Below, piece by piece: positions 36,003-45,918 of a DNA stretch of 64,000 bases; position 1 is the first letter of the stretch; every line of letters starts with the position of its first letter. Source of the stretch: an uncultured Clostridia bacterium. Its GTDB lineage: Bacteria > Bacillota > Dehalobacteriia > UBA4068. The position numbers and the translations under genes are program-made. The notes below the pieces were generated by a model. The model did not search any database and was not told the DNA's origin. It saw only the letters and a list, made by a program, of their open reading frames with translations. Location of the stretch: NCBI GenBank assembly GCA_944390945.1, contig CALXRV010000035.1, forward strand, positions 37,958 through 101,957. Direction: 5' to 3'.

Positions 36003-37766
36003 TCAATCGATCAGCCGGAAATCTACAATCTGCAGCTGTGCGCTCTCTCTGCCATGATAACGATTCACCTGCAGCAGATAGATGATATCCAGCCGCACCG
36101 CATTTTCCGACCGGCCGCGCAACAGGGTCAGCCAAGCCTGCTCGCCATAACGCCGACAGATCTCATCCTGCAGCCTGTCCCGTCCGGAAAAGTCAATCGC
36201 CTCAAAACTTCTACTGTTTTCCTCCTGCATTTGCCAACGCAATACGCGCCCATCCCTGCCCAACTGCTGCAACGCAGTCAGCCGCAGACCTTTTGCCGCG
36301 AACAATGGCTGCGGATGCCCCTTCCCATACGGAGCAAGACATTGCAGCGCTTTTGCCAGCTCCAGATCAGCCGCTGCAGGCTGCAATGGACAATCGATAC
36401 GGAATACCTGCTGCAAGTCTTCTTCCTGCAATCCGCAATCCGCATTGATCCGTTGTCGCAGCAGTGGGATATTGGCAGCCGAGATCGTCAAGCCGGCAGC
36501 CATCGGATGTCCGCCGAAAGCAAGCAGCAAATCACTGCAAGCGGCAAGCCCTTGATAAATATTATACGCCTCGATTGAACGGCAGGAGCCACGCACAGTA
36601 TCCCCCGCCCCGGCCAATACAACCACAGGATGATGATAACGTTCCCGAATGCGTCCGGCAACTATACCGGCAATACTCTCTGCCAGCGCCGGACAATGCA
36701 AAACGATCACTGGATCCCTTGCCAAAGCATGTGCTTCGATCTGCTCGTTGGCAAGCCTTGCTCCCTCATCCGTCAGTCGGCGACGTTCCTGGTTCAGCGC
36801 GCTCAGCGTTGTTGCCAGCTGCTTGGCAACGATCGCATCTTCAGTCAAAAACAACTCGACAGCCTTATCTGCAATATCCAGCCGTCCGGATGCATTAATG
36901 CAGGGGCCGAGGATAAAACCGACATGATAAGTATCGATCTCCTTGTCGGCCAGCCCAGTCACCTCCAGCAAAGCGTGCAATCCCGGATTACTGCTATTGG
37001 ATATAGCAGGCAGACCGCGCTTCAGCAATGCACGGTTCTCACCATACAGCTCTACCAGATCGCAAACCGTGGCAAGCGCAGCAAAAGGCAGCAGATATGC
37101 ACCGGTTTCCTGCCAATCCTTACCGCATTCCAGAAACAGCGCTTCCGAAAAGCGGTAGCAAACACCCGCAGCACAGTACTGAGAAAATGGATATGCACAA
37201 TCATTTCGCTGCGCATCGACCACTGCATCCGCCGCAGGCAGCAGCTGCTGCCCATCCTTGACCGTCACCGCGTGATGGTCAAGGATCACAACGCGCATAC
37301 CCAGCGCTTTGGCAAATTCCACCTGTTCAAAAGCAGAAATCCCGTTATCGCAAGCAAAAAGTACCGATACGCCGCAGGCATAAAGCGAGCGGATGGCATC
37401 TATGTTCAGACCATAGCCCTCCTGCTCACGCTGCGGGATATAGTAAATCACATCTGCACCCAGGGTGCATAGGGTATGGTGCAGAATCACCGTGCTCATC
37501 ACGCCGTCTACATCATAATCGCCAAAAATCGCACATTTTCTTTCTTCCTGTATTGCTGCGGCAGCGATGCGCACTGCCGTACGCATATCGGCAAACTCAA
37601 ATGGCGATGCGGGCTCTGCTTGTTCCGGATGCAGAAACGCCAGTACAGCCGCGCTGTCACGCAAACCGCGTACTGCAAGGATGCGCGCCAAAACAGGCGG
37701 CAGCCCGCTCTGGCGCGCAATGGCGGAAATATCTGCTGAACTCTGCCGAAGCAGCCATTTCGTCAT
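36003..37766 (-). CDS. recJ: Single-stranded-DNA-specific exonuclease RecJ
   Basis: DHH motifs (IFGDYDVDG, ACDNG, ILDHH) and a DHHA1 region (GGHPMAAG). Confidence 0.9.
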   Translation of the reverse strand: MTKWLLRQSSADISAIARQSGLPPVLARILAVRGLRDSAAVLAFLHPEQAEPASPFEFADMRTAVRIAAAAIQEERKCAIFGDYDVDGVMSTVILHHTLCTLGADVIYYIPQREQEGYGLNIDAIRSLYACGVSVLFACDNGISAFEQVEFAKALGMRVVILDHHAVTVKDGQQLLPAADAVVDAQRNDCAYPFSQYCAAGVCYRFSEALFLECGKDWQETGAYLLPFAALATVCDLVELYGENRALLKRGLPAISNSSNPGLHALLEVTGLADKEIDTYHVGFILGPCINASGRLDIADKAVELFLTEDAIVAKQLATTLSALNQERRRLTDEGARLANEQIEAHALARDPVIVLHCPALAESIAGIVAGRIRERYHHPVVVLAGAGDTVRGSCRSIEAYNIYQGLAACSDLLLAFGGHPMAAGLTISAANIPLLRQRINADCGLQEEDLQQVFRIDCPLQPAAADLELAKALQCLAPYGKGHPQPLFAAKGLRLTALQQLGRDGRVLRWQMQEENSRSFEAIDFSGRDRLQDEICRRYGEQAWLTLLRGRSENAVRLDIIYLLQVNRYHGRESAQLQIVDFRLID

Positions 37767-37789
37767 AGCTTTGCTTCCTTTTCAGAATC

Positions 37790-39946
37790 TTAACGCTCTG
37801 TAGTTTTCGGTACGGCTTTTTTCTGTACCGGACGCGGCGCTTTTTTATCTCCGCCCCATTTCACAGAAACATGGGGGAAAATATCAGCCAGCATATTCCC
37901 AACCAGGAAAACAGAAGAGAAGAAGCCGGCAAACATGCCAATCGTTAAAGCCAGAATGAAATTACGCGTTGTCTCACCGCCAAACAGCAACAACGAAACA
38001 AGCAGCAGCAGAACGGCCAGCACCGTATTGATGGTACGTGTCAAGGTCTGGTTGATGCTGGTATTGATCAACTCCGCACGGCTGAATTTCCCCTTTTGGA
38101 AAGACATGTTCTCGCGCATGCGATCAAAAATAACGATCGTGTTGTTAATCGAATAACCAACGATGGTGAGGATAGCAGCAATAAAAGCGCTCTCCACTTC
38201 CAGACGGAAAATGGCGAAAACACTGACGATCACCAATACGTCATGCACCAGCGCCAGAATGGCAGTTACCGCATAACTAAATTTAAACCGTACAGTAATA
38301 TAAAGCAGCATCAGCACGCCGGCAATCAATAGCGCCCAGCGCGCATTTGCCAATAGCTCTGCGCCGATCGCCGGTCCGATCATCTCCTGTGAGGTAGCGC
38401 TCGGGATCAACGTGCCCAAGGTGGCAAGCGCATCGGTAACAGCACTACTTTCCTCCTGCGTCAAATCTTCTGTACGAATGATAAAACTGTTGTCATCCCC
38501 TTCGTTCACCGCTGGGGTCTGCTTAACAATATCGGTAACAGCATCACGCACTGCCGCAAGTTCCACCTGATCTTCATATTGCACCTTGATGATGGAACCA
38601 CCGGTAAAATCGATGCCCAAATTCATGCCGGAGACGCACAAAACAACCAAACCCGGAACGATGACCACCATGGCCACGATATACCAAACCTTTTTCAAGC
38701 GCAGGAAATCAAAATGGAATTCCCTGTAGCCAAAGTGTTTGGAAAGGCCGTAAAGCTTTTTGCTGGACAGAAAATCAATATCGGATGACCAGCGCAGCAC
38801 ATAATGGGTAAACACCACTGCAGTAAGCATGGATGCCACAATACCAATGGAAAGCGTCAACGCAAATCCTTTAATCGTACCACTGCCAAAGAAGTAAAGC
38901 ACAACGGCAGCGATCAGGGTCGTAACATTACTATCAACAATGGTAAGCAGCGCACGTTTAAATCCAGATTCAATGCTTGCTTTTAATGATTTACCATGAT
39001 ACAGTTCTTCGCGGATACGTTCATAAATGATGATATTGGCATCTACCGCAACGCCGATCGAAAGAATAAAGCCGGCAATGGAAGTTAGGGTTAGCGTGGC
39101 ATGGATCAGGTTCAGCATCCACAGCAACAGCAAGCCATAAACAACGAGAGAGATCACCGCCCAACCACCAGGGAGGCGGTAATAGGCGATCAAATAAAGC
39201 AGCAAAATGGTAAAGCCAATCGCAGAAGCGCTCAGACTGCGCGAAAGTGAATCTGCACCCAGCGTTGGACCAACCGTACTTTTGGAGAGCACTTCCAAGT
39301 CGACCGGCAGCGCGCCGCCCCGCAACAACGCCGCCAAATCTGCCGCTTCGTCAAAATTGGCAAAACCGCCGGAAATATATGCCACGCCACCGGAAATCGC
39401 GGTATTCACCACCGGCGAACTGATGGTCTCGTCATCAAGTACGATCGCAATCTCCTGGCCAACATACATCGCCGTTGCATTGAAAAACTTCTCCGCACCA
39501 GCATCATTAAATTCCAGAATCACACGTGGCTGATTCTCCTCGATCTGCGCATAAGCATTGGCCAAATCCGCCCCGCTCAGCAATACCTCGCCAGTGGGCG
39601 AAACAAACTCCAGCTGTGCCGTACGGCCAATCAACTCGATCGCCTGCTCTGGATCATCCACGCCGGCTAATTCAACGATGATTCTGTCTTCACCTTCCAC
39701 CTGGATGACCGGCTCGCTCACGCCAAGTTCATTGACGCGGTTGTCCAGTACCGAGACCAGCTGCTCCATATCATCTGCCGTGACCGTCTCGCCATCTTCC
39801 GGCAGGGCTTGCAGCGTGACCTGCGCACCCCCTTGAAGATCCAAACCCAGACGCATTCCACCGGTAATCGGCGAAATAGAAAGTATGAGCGTTGCGGCGA
39901 TAATTAAAATAACCGCCAATAGTTTGACCGCACTTTGCTTTTTCAT
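37790..39946 (-). CDS. secDF: Protein translocase subunit SecDF (fused)
   Basis: 718-aa protein. SecD part (LGLDLQGGAQV) plus SecF part (GIDFTGGS), each with a 6-TM RND-like bundle. Confidence 0.9.
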   Translation of the reverse strand: MKKQSAVKLLAVILIIAATLILSISPITGGMRLGLDLQGGAQVTLQALPEDGETVTADDMEQLVSVLDNRVNELGVSEPVIQVEGEDRIIVELAGVDDPEQAIELIGRTAQLEFVSPTGEVLLSGADLANAYAQIEENQPRVILEFNDAGAEKFFNATAMYVGQEIAIVLDDETISSPVVNTAISGGVAYISGGFANFDEAADLAALLRGGALPVDLEVLSKSTVGPTLGADSLSRSLSASAIGFTILLLYLIAYYRLPGGWAVISLVVYGLLLLWMLNLIHATLTLTSIAGFILSIGVAVDANIIIYERIREELYHGKSLKASIESGFKRALLTIVDSNVTTLIAAVVLYFFGSGTIKGFALTLSIGIVASMLTAVVFTHYVLRWSSDIDFLSSKKLYGLSKHFGYREFHFDFLRLKKVWYIVAMVVIVPGLVVLCVSGMNLGIDFTGGSIIKVQYEDQVELAAVRDAVTDIVKQTPAVNEGDDNSFIIRTEDLTQEESSAVTDALATLGTLIPSATSQEMIGPAIGAELLANARWALLIAGVLMLLYITVRFKFSYAVTAILALVHDVLVIVSVFAIFRLEVESAFIAAILTIVGYSINNTIVIFDRMRENMSFQKGKFSRAELINTSINQTLTRTINTVLAVLLLLVSLLLFGGETTRNFILALTIGMFAGFFSSVFLVGNMLADIFPHVSVKWGGDKKAPRPVQKKAVPKTTER

Positions 39947-40026
39947 CCTGATTCCTCCCGGAGCATTACTGCCGCATGGGCGGCGAAAAGAAAAAGCAGG
40001 CCGGCAAGGCCTGCTTCGCGATGCGC

Positions 40027-40353
40027 TTATTCTTCGGTACTCTTGTTGGAATTAATCCCGCCGATAGAGCTTTTCAACAGCTCAATCTCGCATTTCTCCG
40101 AGATGCGGAGCCAAACGGTATGCTCCTTGATGCGGGTAATCGTCCCCAGAATACCGCCGGCAGTATAGATTTCATCACCAACGGCCAGCTTGCTCATCAT
40201 ATCATTGCGTTCTTTTTTCTGTTTCTTCTGCGGACGGATCAGCAGGAAATAAAAGATTGCCACGATAAAGAGGATATAGCCGATCGTAATCATCGAGCCG
40301 CCTGCACCGCCGGCACCGGTAGTCGTTGCAAATGCGAACAAACCATCCACCAC
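40027..40353 (-). CDS. yajC: Preprotein translocase subunit YajC
   Basis: Single TM segment plus the LIRPQKKQKKERNDMMSKLAVGDEIYTAGGILGTI signature. Confidence 0.9.
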   Translation of the reverse strand: MVDGLFAFATTTGAGGAGGSMITIGYILFIVAIFYFLLIRPQKKQKKERNDMMSKLAVGDEIYTAGGILGTITRIKEHTVWLRISEKCEIELLKSSIGGINSNKSTEE

Positions 40354-40415
40354 CTTATTATTTTTCTCTACAGATATCTATCAACACCACTTCCTTGCCG
40401 GAAGGGTTATATGCA

Positions 40416-40491
40416 TGGCAGGGGCAGAAGGAATCGAACCCTCAACCAACGGATTTGGAGTCCGCTACTCTACCAATTGAGCTATACCCCT
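40416..40491 (-). tRNA. trnW: tRNA-Trp (anticodon CCA)
   Basis: The reverse complement reads AGGGGTATAGCTCAATTGGTAGAGTAGCGGACTCCAAATCCGTTGGTTGAGGGTTCGATTCCTTCTGCCCCTGCCA. It has a 7-bp acceptor stem, a CTCCAAA anticodon loop, GGTTCGATTCC in the T arm, and an encoded CCA. Confidence 0.92.
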
Positions 40492-40560
40492 ACAACGAAA
40501 AAGATTATACCAAATCCTTGCGGTGAAAGTCAAGCATTATCTATCTAAAACGAAACAAAT

Positions 40561-41793
40561 TCAACTTTCACGTACTGCACGTCGGCAAATCAACGGAAAA
40601 GGCAACATCACTGGCAACGAACCGCAATCCACCGCTACCTGCATTCGCGGATGTCTTGCAGCATCCAGCAGGCAGCCATTCTCGTCATAGATCGCTTTTA
40701 CCGGCAACACGATATTTGTTGCATCCGGCAACAGTAACTCTAGCACATCACCGACGGCAAAATGATTCCTCTGCTCCAACCACAACAGCCCATCACGCAT
40801 CTCCAGCGCCACGGCAGTAAAGTCATAACTACGCAGATAGCTTCCATCATCATAGCGATAGGCATCTGCATCCGGCAGACCCAATGCAAAGCCCGTCGTA
40901 TACCCTCGATGGCTAACCCGAGTCAGTTCTTCCAGCCAGGCAGAACGACAACGCCACCCGTCAGGATCACGCAAATAGGCATCCAATGCTGCACGGTAAA
41001 CCCGCACGACATTGGCTACATAATATGCGCTTTTATTACGACCCTCGATTTTCCAGGCGGAAAATCCGCCAGCTACAAGCTGTGGAATTGCCGCAAGCAG
41101 GCAAAGATCCCGACTGTTGAAGAAGTAACTGCCCCGTGCGTCTTCTTCAACCGGAAAATATTCACCCGGCCTTTTCTCCTCCTCCAACACATACTGCCAG
41201 CGGCAGGGGTGGCTGCAGTCGCCACGGTTTGCACTCCTGCCAGTCAAAAACTGGCTGATCAGGCAGCGGCCAGAATAGGAAATGCAGATTGCACCATGCA
41301 CGAAGATTTCCGCTTCCAACCCGCTTCTTTGTGCGATCTCAGCTCCCTCTGCGATCGAAAGCTCGCGTGCAAGTACGATGCGCGATGCACCCTGCTCTGC
41401 CCAGAAGCGCGCACTCAACCAGTTCGTATTATTCGCCTGCGTGCTGATATGGATCGGCAGCCGGGGCGCATATTGCTGTGCCAGACGAAAAACGCCCGGA
41501 TCAGAGATAAGCAGGCCATCGGGCTGTAATTCAGCCAGATTCTCCAGATAAGACGGCAGTACGGCGATATCATGGTTGTCTGCATAGATATTGACTGCCA
41601 CATAAAGCTTTTTCCCCGTCCGTCTGGCTAAACTGCAAGCTTCTGCCAGCACATCGAGACCACAGCCGGCATTGCTGCGCAAGGAAAAATCTCCACCGCC
41701 GATATAAGCGGCATCAGCGCCATAGGCATAGGCAAAACGCAGTTTTTCCAGATCACCGGCAGGGGCAAGCAACTCAGGAACAACCGGCATCAC
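40561..41793 (-). CDS. Peptidase U32 family protein (YrrO/TrhP-like)
   Basis: PELLAPAGDLEKLRFAYAYGADAAYIGG N-terminus and the E..HGA.CISYSGRC motif (FVHGAICISYSGRCLIS). ATGA overlap with mltG. Confidence 0.85.
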   Translation of the reverse strand: MMPVVPELLAPAGDLEKLRFAYAYGADAAYIGGGDFSLRSNAGCGLDVLAEACSLARRTGKKLYVAVNIYADNHDIAVLPSYLENLAELQPDGLLISDPGVFRLAQQYAPRLPIHISTQANNTNWLSARFWAEQGASRIVLARELSIAEGAEIAQRSGLEAEIFVHGAICISYSGRCLISQFLTGRSANRGDCSHPCRWQYVLEEEKRPGEYFPVEEDARGSYFFNSRDLCLLAAIPQLVAGGFSAWKIEGRNKSAYYVANVVRVYRAALDAYLRDPDGWRCRSAWLEELTRVSHRGYTTGFALGLPDADAYRYDDGSYLRSYDFTAVALEMRDGLLWLEQRNHFAVGDVLELLLPDATNIVLPVKAIYDENGCLLDAARHPRMQVAVDCGSLPVMLPFPLICRRAVRES

Positions 41794-42809
41794 TGATCCC
41801 CCTCATGATCTGTTTCATGCTCTTCCAATGTTAGGCTAAAGCGGTGCGACCCATCCTCCCGCGCACGGAAATAGAGATACTCCGTATCTTCTGGGTAGAG
41901 TGCTGCCTGCAAAGAGGCCAGCCCAGGCGCGGCAATCGGTCCCGGCGGCAAGCCCATGTTTTGATAAGTATTGTAGGGGCTTTCGATCTCCAAATCACTG
42001 TAAAGCAAAGGGTACTTTGGCTCGCCCAGCAGGAATTGCACCGTAGCACAGGATTCAAGCGGCATATCCAGCTCCAAGCGGTTATAAAACACGCCGGCGA
42101 TGATCGGCCGGTCTTCAGCCACCTGTGCTTCTTTTTCCACGATGGCCGCCATGGTGACCGCCTGATATGTCGTCATTCCCAACTCAGCCGCTCGCGCATC
42201 AAACCCGTTTTCCTGCCAGATCTTGACGAACTGGTCGAGCAAGAGACGCAGAATATCCTCTTCACTCCACTCCGGCGCAATCATATAAGTATCCGGGAAC
42301 AAAAACCCTTCCAACCGATTCGCTGGTTCGATCACATCTTCAGCAGCCGGCAAAAAATCATAAGCGCTGAAATCCGCATTTGCAATCGCTGCATGATAGC
42401 TATCCAGGCTACCCAAACCAGCTTCCACCAGCACGGCAAGCGTTTGCTCCACCGTCAACCCCTCGCGGATGGTGACACGAACCGCTCCGCTATCGCTTAC
42501 GCCGCCGGCGACCAAAGCCTCGCAAACATCCGCCAAGCTCCATGAACCAGCGGCAAAGGTATAAATGCCAGCCTTAAACATACTATCCACCTCGTGTTGG
42601 CGGGCAAAAAGGCGAAACACACGCGCATCACGCACCAAGCCGTTTTCCGCCAGCTGCGCGGCGATGGAAGCAGTAGAGCTGCCTTCTGCAATCTCCAGCT
42701 CCAAATCGTTCTCCAACGTAATATCCGCCGTAACACGCTGCGCCAAATAAAGCAGGCCACAGGCCAACAGCAACAGCAGAATCAAAATTGTTAAGATAAA
42801 TTTCTTCAC
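41790..42809 (-). CDS. mltG: Endolytic murein transglycosylase MltG (YceG family). GTG start at 42809 preferred.
   Basis: N-terminal TM segment (KKFILTILILLLLLACG) and YceG domain motifs (ASIVEKE-like AAIVEKEA, YNTYQNMGLPPGPIAAPG). AGGAGG lies 8 nt upstream of the GTG. Confidence 0.85.
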   Translation of the reverse strand: MKKFILTILILLLLLACGLLYLAQRVTADITLENDLELEIAEGSSTASIAAQLAENGLVRDARVFRLFARQHEVDSMFKAGIYTFAAGSWSLADVCEALVAGGVSDSGAVRVTIREGLTVEQTLAVLVEAGLGSLDSYHAAIANADFSAYDFLPAAEDVIEPANRLEGFLFPDTYMIAPEWSEEDILRLLLDQFVKIWQENGFDARAAELGMTTYQAVTMAAIVEKEAQVAEDRPIIAGVFYNRLELDMPLESCATVQFLLGEPKYPLLYSDLEIESPYNTYQNMGLPPGPIAAPGLASLQAALYPEDTEYLYFRAREDGSHRFSLTLEEHETDHEGDQ

Positions 42810-42880
42810 GAAAGGTACCTCCTGATTTTCTTCCCCCATTATACAACATTTTTCGCCATGCGCCAATAGAGCATTCCGGC

Positions 42881-42908
42881 TTGACAGGGAAATTCATCAT
42901 GCTATAAT
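42881..42908 (+). promoter_or_regulatory. Sigma-A promoter of the GntR/hydroxyproline module
   Basis: TTGACA, a 16-nt spacer, then TATAAT. Confidence 0.6.
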
Positions 42909-42916
42909 GATATTAT

Positions 42917-42931
42917 AAATGTCCTACATTT
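42917..42931. promoter_or_regulatory. Candidate GntR/FadR-type operator
   Basis: Perfect palindrome AAATGT-CCT-ACATTT (GT...AC core) immediately downstream of the -10 element. Confidence 0.5.
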
Positions 42932-42953
42932 GAACAATTAAAAGGAACCTGCT

Positions 42954-43694
42954 ATGACCGAGCTGAGCAAACCTATGCGCATAACATTGTCAGCACAGAT
43001 TCTGCGGCAGATGGAACAATGTATCCTCTCCGGCAGCTGGCAGACCGGACAAAAAATCCCTGGTGAAATGGAACTGATGTCACAGTTTGGCGTGAGCCGC
43101 AATACTGTGCGTGAAGCAATTCAATCCCTCGTTTATGCCGGCATCCTGCAGACCCGTCCCGGCGATGGCACTTATGTCCTCTGCCGAAACAGATTCGATG
43201 CCGCCCTGCAATCCCGCCTGCATGCGGCAAACCTGGATGAAATCCTGGAAACCCGGCTGGTTCTGGAAACAGATATCGTCCGTTTTGCCGCCCTGCGGCG
43301 CACACCTGCTGAGCTGGAAGCACTGCATCAGGCACTGGCAGATCGCGACCAGCCAGATTTGGAAAAGCATCAGTTCATCTTGGCGGACAGCGCCTTTCAT
43401 CTAAAGGTCGCTGAGCTATGCCACAACACTTTGCTCTATGATATGTATCGTTCAATGCTCGTTTTTCTGGAAAGGCTGGTCGAAGCCTATCTCTTCACTT
43501 CCGGTTTCGACCGCCAGTTGGAAGAGCATAGCGCTTTATATCAGGCGATCGTGGATCGCGACGCCATGCAGGCAATGGAGATCGTGCGTATGCTGGTTGC
43601 ATCCGAACAACGGACGTTTCATCAGGCAGATGCACAGATAGCTGCAAAAACAAAAAAGGTGTATTCTGAAAATAGCTTGAACCAAACCATATGA
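42954..43694 (+). CDS. GntR-family transcriptional regulator, FadR subfamily (FCD domain)
   Basis: N-terminal wHTH (KIPGEMELMSQFGVSRNTVREAIQSL) plus a helical FCD-like C-domain. Confidence 0.85.
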   Translation: MTELSKPMRITLSAQILRQMEQCILSGSWQTGQKIPGEMELMSQFGVSRNTVREAIQSLVYAGILQTRPGDGTYVLCRNRFDAALQSRLHAANLDEILETRLVLETDIVRFAALRRTPAELEALHQALADRDQPDLEKHQFILADSAFHLKVAELCHNTLLYDMYRSMLVFLERLVEAYLFTSGFDRQLEEHSALYQAIVDRDAMQAMEIVRMLVASEQRTFHQADAQIAAKTKKVYSENSLNQTI

Positions 43695-43708
43695 AAAGGA
43701 GGAGCAGC

Positions 43709-44686
43709 ATGCTGATTCTAAACGAGAAGGATATGCGTCGTTCGGTCACGCTCTCGCAAGTGATGGATAAGGTAGAAGATGCCTACCGCATCTTCGCATC
43801 CGGTGCGTTTTATATGCCGGATCGGCCGAGCGTCATGCATGAAGGAAACACGTTGCTTTATATGCCCTGCTTTATGGAAAGCTGTTTTGGTACAAAATTC
43901 CTTACGCTTTTTCCTGGGAACCCAGCTAAAGGGCTGCCCTATATCGATGGTCTGATGCTGCTTAATGATGCAGCTTCCGGTAAAACAGAGGCGATTCTCG
44001 ATGGCAGTTTTCTCACCGCATTGCGCACCGGTGCAGTAGGCGGTGTAGGTATGCGTTGTTTCACTCCGTTAGAAAGCAGCAGCGTTGGCGTAATCGGCTG
44101 TGGAAAACAGGGATTCTATCAGCTGCTGTATGCCTGCGAGGCACGTCAGATCCAGAACATTTATCTCTATGACGCCTTTCCTAAGGATTTTGAAAGCTAC
44201 ATTGCCGCGCTCCAGCGTGAACTTGGCAAAAATCAACCGACAATCCATGTTTGTGATCGGGTAGAAGATCTGCTTACAGCCAGCGATATCGTTGTTACCA
44301 CGACGACAGCCACCTCGCCAGTGATGCCGGATGATGCCTCGCTGTTGCGTGGCAAAAGCTTTATTTGTATCGGTTCCTACAAACCGGAAATGCGTGAGCT
44401 GCCGAATGCGATCTGGCAGCTGGTTGACCATGTCTATACCGAGCTTCCCTTTGCCATAGAGGAAAGCGGCGATCTCTCCCAGCCGCTGGCAGACGGCATC
44501 ATTACGGAAGCACGCATCCGTTATATCGGTGATTTGCTTAGTGAGCAGCAGCGGCCGACGCCGCCCAGCCCCGGCAGTACAAATTATTTCAAATCTGTTG
44601 GTATGGGGCTGCTTGATCTCAATGTCGCCCAGCTCATTTATCAGGCTGCTCTGCAGCACGGCTATGGTCAGAATGTCAATCTCTAA
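43709..44686 (+). CDS. Ornithine cyclodeaminase/mu-crystallin family protein (candidate delta-1-pyrroline-2-carboxylate reductase)
   Basis: OCD/mu-crystallin pattern (LTALRTGAVGGV, GVIGCGKQG Rossmann). AAAGGAGG RBS before the ATG at 43709. Confidence 0.7.
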   Translation: MLILNEKDMRRSVTLSQVMDKVEDAYRIFASGAFYMPDRPSVMHEGNTLLYMPCFMESCFGTKFLTLFPGNPAKGLPYIDGLMLLNDAASGKTEAILDGSFLTALRTGAVGGVGMRCFTPLESSSVGVIGCGKQGFYQLLYACEARQIQNIYLYDAFPKDFESYIAALQRELGKNQPTIHVCDRVEDLLTASDIVVTTTTATSPVMPDDASLLRGKSFICIGSYKPEMRELPNAIWQLVDHVYTELPFAIEESGDLSQPLADGIITEARIRYIGDLLSEQQRPTPPSPGSTNYFKSVGMGLLDLNVAQLIYQAALQHGYGQNVNL

Positions 44687-44728
44687 ATCGTATTGCGAAC
44701 AGAAAACAAAATGGAAGGAGAATTGCGC

Positions 44729-45754
44729 ATGATGAATTTTAAGCATTACATCACCTGTATCGATGCTCATACCGCCGGCGAGCCGCTGCGTATCGTTACC
44801 TCCGGCTTTCCGCCGATTCCAGGCAACACCATACTGGAAAAGCGGAAATATGTAAACGCCAACTATGACGGCCTGCGGAGAATGATCATGCTCGAACCGC
44901 GCGGCCATTCCGGTATGTATGGCTGCATCATTGTACCGGCAGTAACTGCAGATGGCGATTTTGGCGTGTTGTTCACGCATAATGAGGGCCTCTCCTCCAT
45001 GTGTGGGCATGGGATCATCGGTGTTACCAAAGTAGCGATCGAAACCGGCATCATCAATTCGCAGGAGGGCGTAAATATTGTGCGCATCGACTCCCCTGCC
45101 GGTCGCATCACTGCATTTGCCGATGTGGAAAACGGTAAAGTCCTGCGTGTGCGTTTCCAGAATGTCCCCTGCTTCGTCTATAAGGAGAATATTCGTGTCA
45201 CGGTGGATGGCATTGGCGAGATCACTGCAGATATCGTCTATTGTGGCGCATTTTATGTTTATGTTGATGCGGAAAAGCTGGGCTTGAAAGTAAACCCGGA
45301 CTATGCGGATGAACTGGTACGCCGCGGCATGGAGATCAAAAACAAAGTATGGGCGGCAGAGGGCGAGCTGCACCATCCGACCGAGCCAGGAATCACCTGG
45401 CTGTACGGGACGATCCTCTGCGACCCCGTCAAACGAGAAGGGAAAACGCTGATCTCCAATAATATCTGCATTTTTGCGGAAGGACAGATCGACCGCAGCC
45501 CGACAGGCACTGGCACTGGCGGACGCACGGCGCTGCTCGTTGCCAAAGGCATCATGCAGGATGATGACGTCTTGATCAATAAGAGCGTAATTGATACGCC
45601 GTTTGAAAGCAGGGTCATCAAGCATGTCGAGGAAGGCGGCTATCCGGCGGTGATCACCGAAGTCAGCGGAACAGCCTACATCACAGGATTCAACAATCTG
45701 GTACTTGATCCGGAAGATCCGCTGCCCGACGGTTTCCGCATCTGCGGCTCCTAA
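44729..45754 (+). CDS. Proline racemase superfamily protein, Cys/Thr type (candidate trans-3-hydroxy-L-proline dehydratase)
   Basis: IDAHTAGEP, first catalytic site SSMCGHG. The second site reads DRSPTGTG (Thr where racemases/epimerases have Cys). Confidence 0.7.
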   Translation: MMNFKHYITCIDAHTAGEPLRIVTSGFPPIPGNTILEKRKYVNANYDGLRRMIMLEPRGHSGMYGCIIVPAVTADGDFGVLFTHNEGLSSMCGHGIIGVTKVAIETGIINSQEGVNIVRIDSPAGRITAFADVENGKVLRVRFQNVPCFVYKENIRVTVDGIGEITADIVYCGAFYVYVDAEKLGLKVNPDYADELVRRGMEIKNKVWAAEGELHHPTEPGITWLYGTILCDPVKREGKTLISNNICIFAEGQIDRSPTGTGTGGRTALLVAKGIMQDDDVLINKSVIDTPFESRVIKHVEEGGYPAVITEVSGTAYITGFNNLVLDPEDPLPDGFRICGS

Positions 45755-45828
45755 TCCATGCAATCAAGCATCTTCTGCAATAGAATGATTTAAGAAGACA
45801 AACGATAAAGCAAGCAAGATCATAATAG

Positions 45829-45862
45829 AAAAAACGGCATAGCGCAGGCTATGCCGTTTACT
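45829..45862. terminator. Bidirectional rho-independent terminator
   Basis: AAACGGCATAGC-GCAG-GCTATGCCGTTT, a 12-bp stem flanked by an A-run and T-rich sequence, between convergent genes. Confidence 0.7.
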
Positions 45863-45918
45863 TGTTCGCGTTGCTTGTTCATGCAACCATGGATCTTCCG
45901 CTCACAGCAGGCAGAAAA

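Noticed and set aside
44069-45763. 564-aa minus-strand ORF spanning both the OCD-like and proline-racemase-like genes
   Set aside because: It is exactly codon-aligned antisense to two well-supported plus-strand genes that share one frame. That frame stays open simply because the sense genes avoid TTA/CTA/TCA codons. It has no RBS or recognisable domain, and its composition is low-complexity and Arg/Ile/Asp-rich. I treat it as a shadow ORF.
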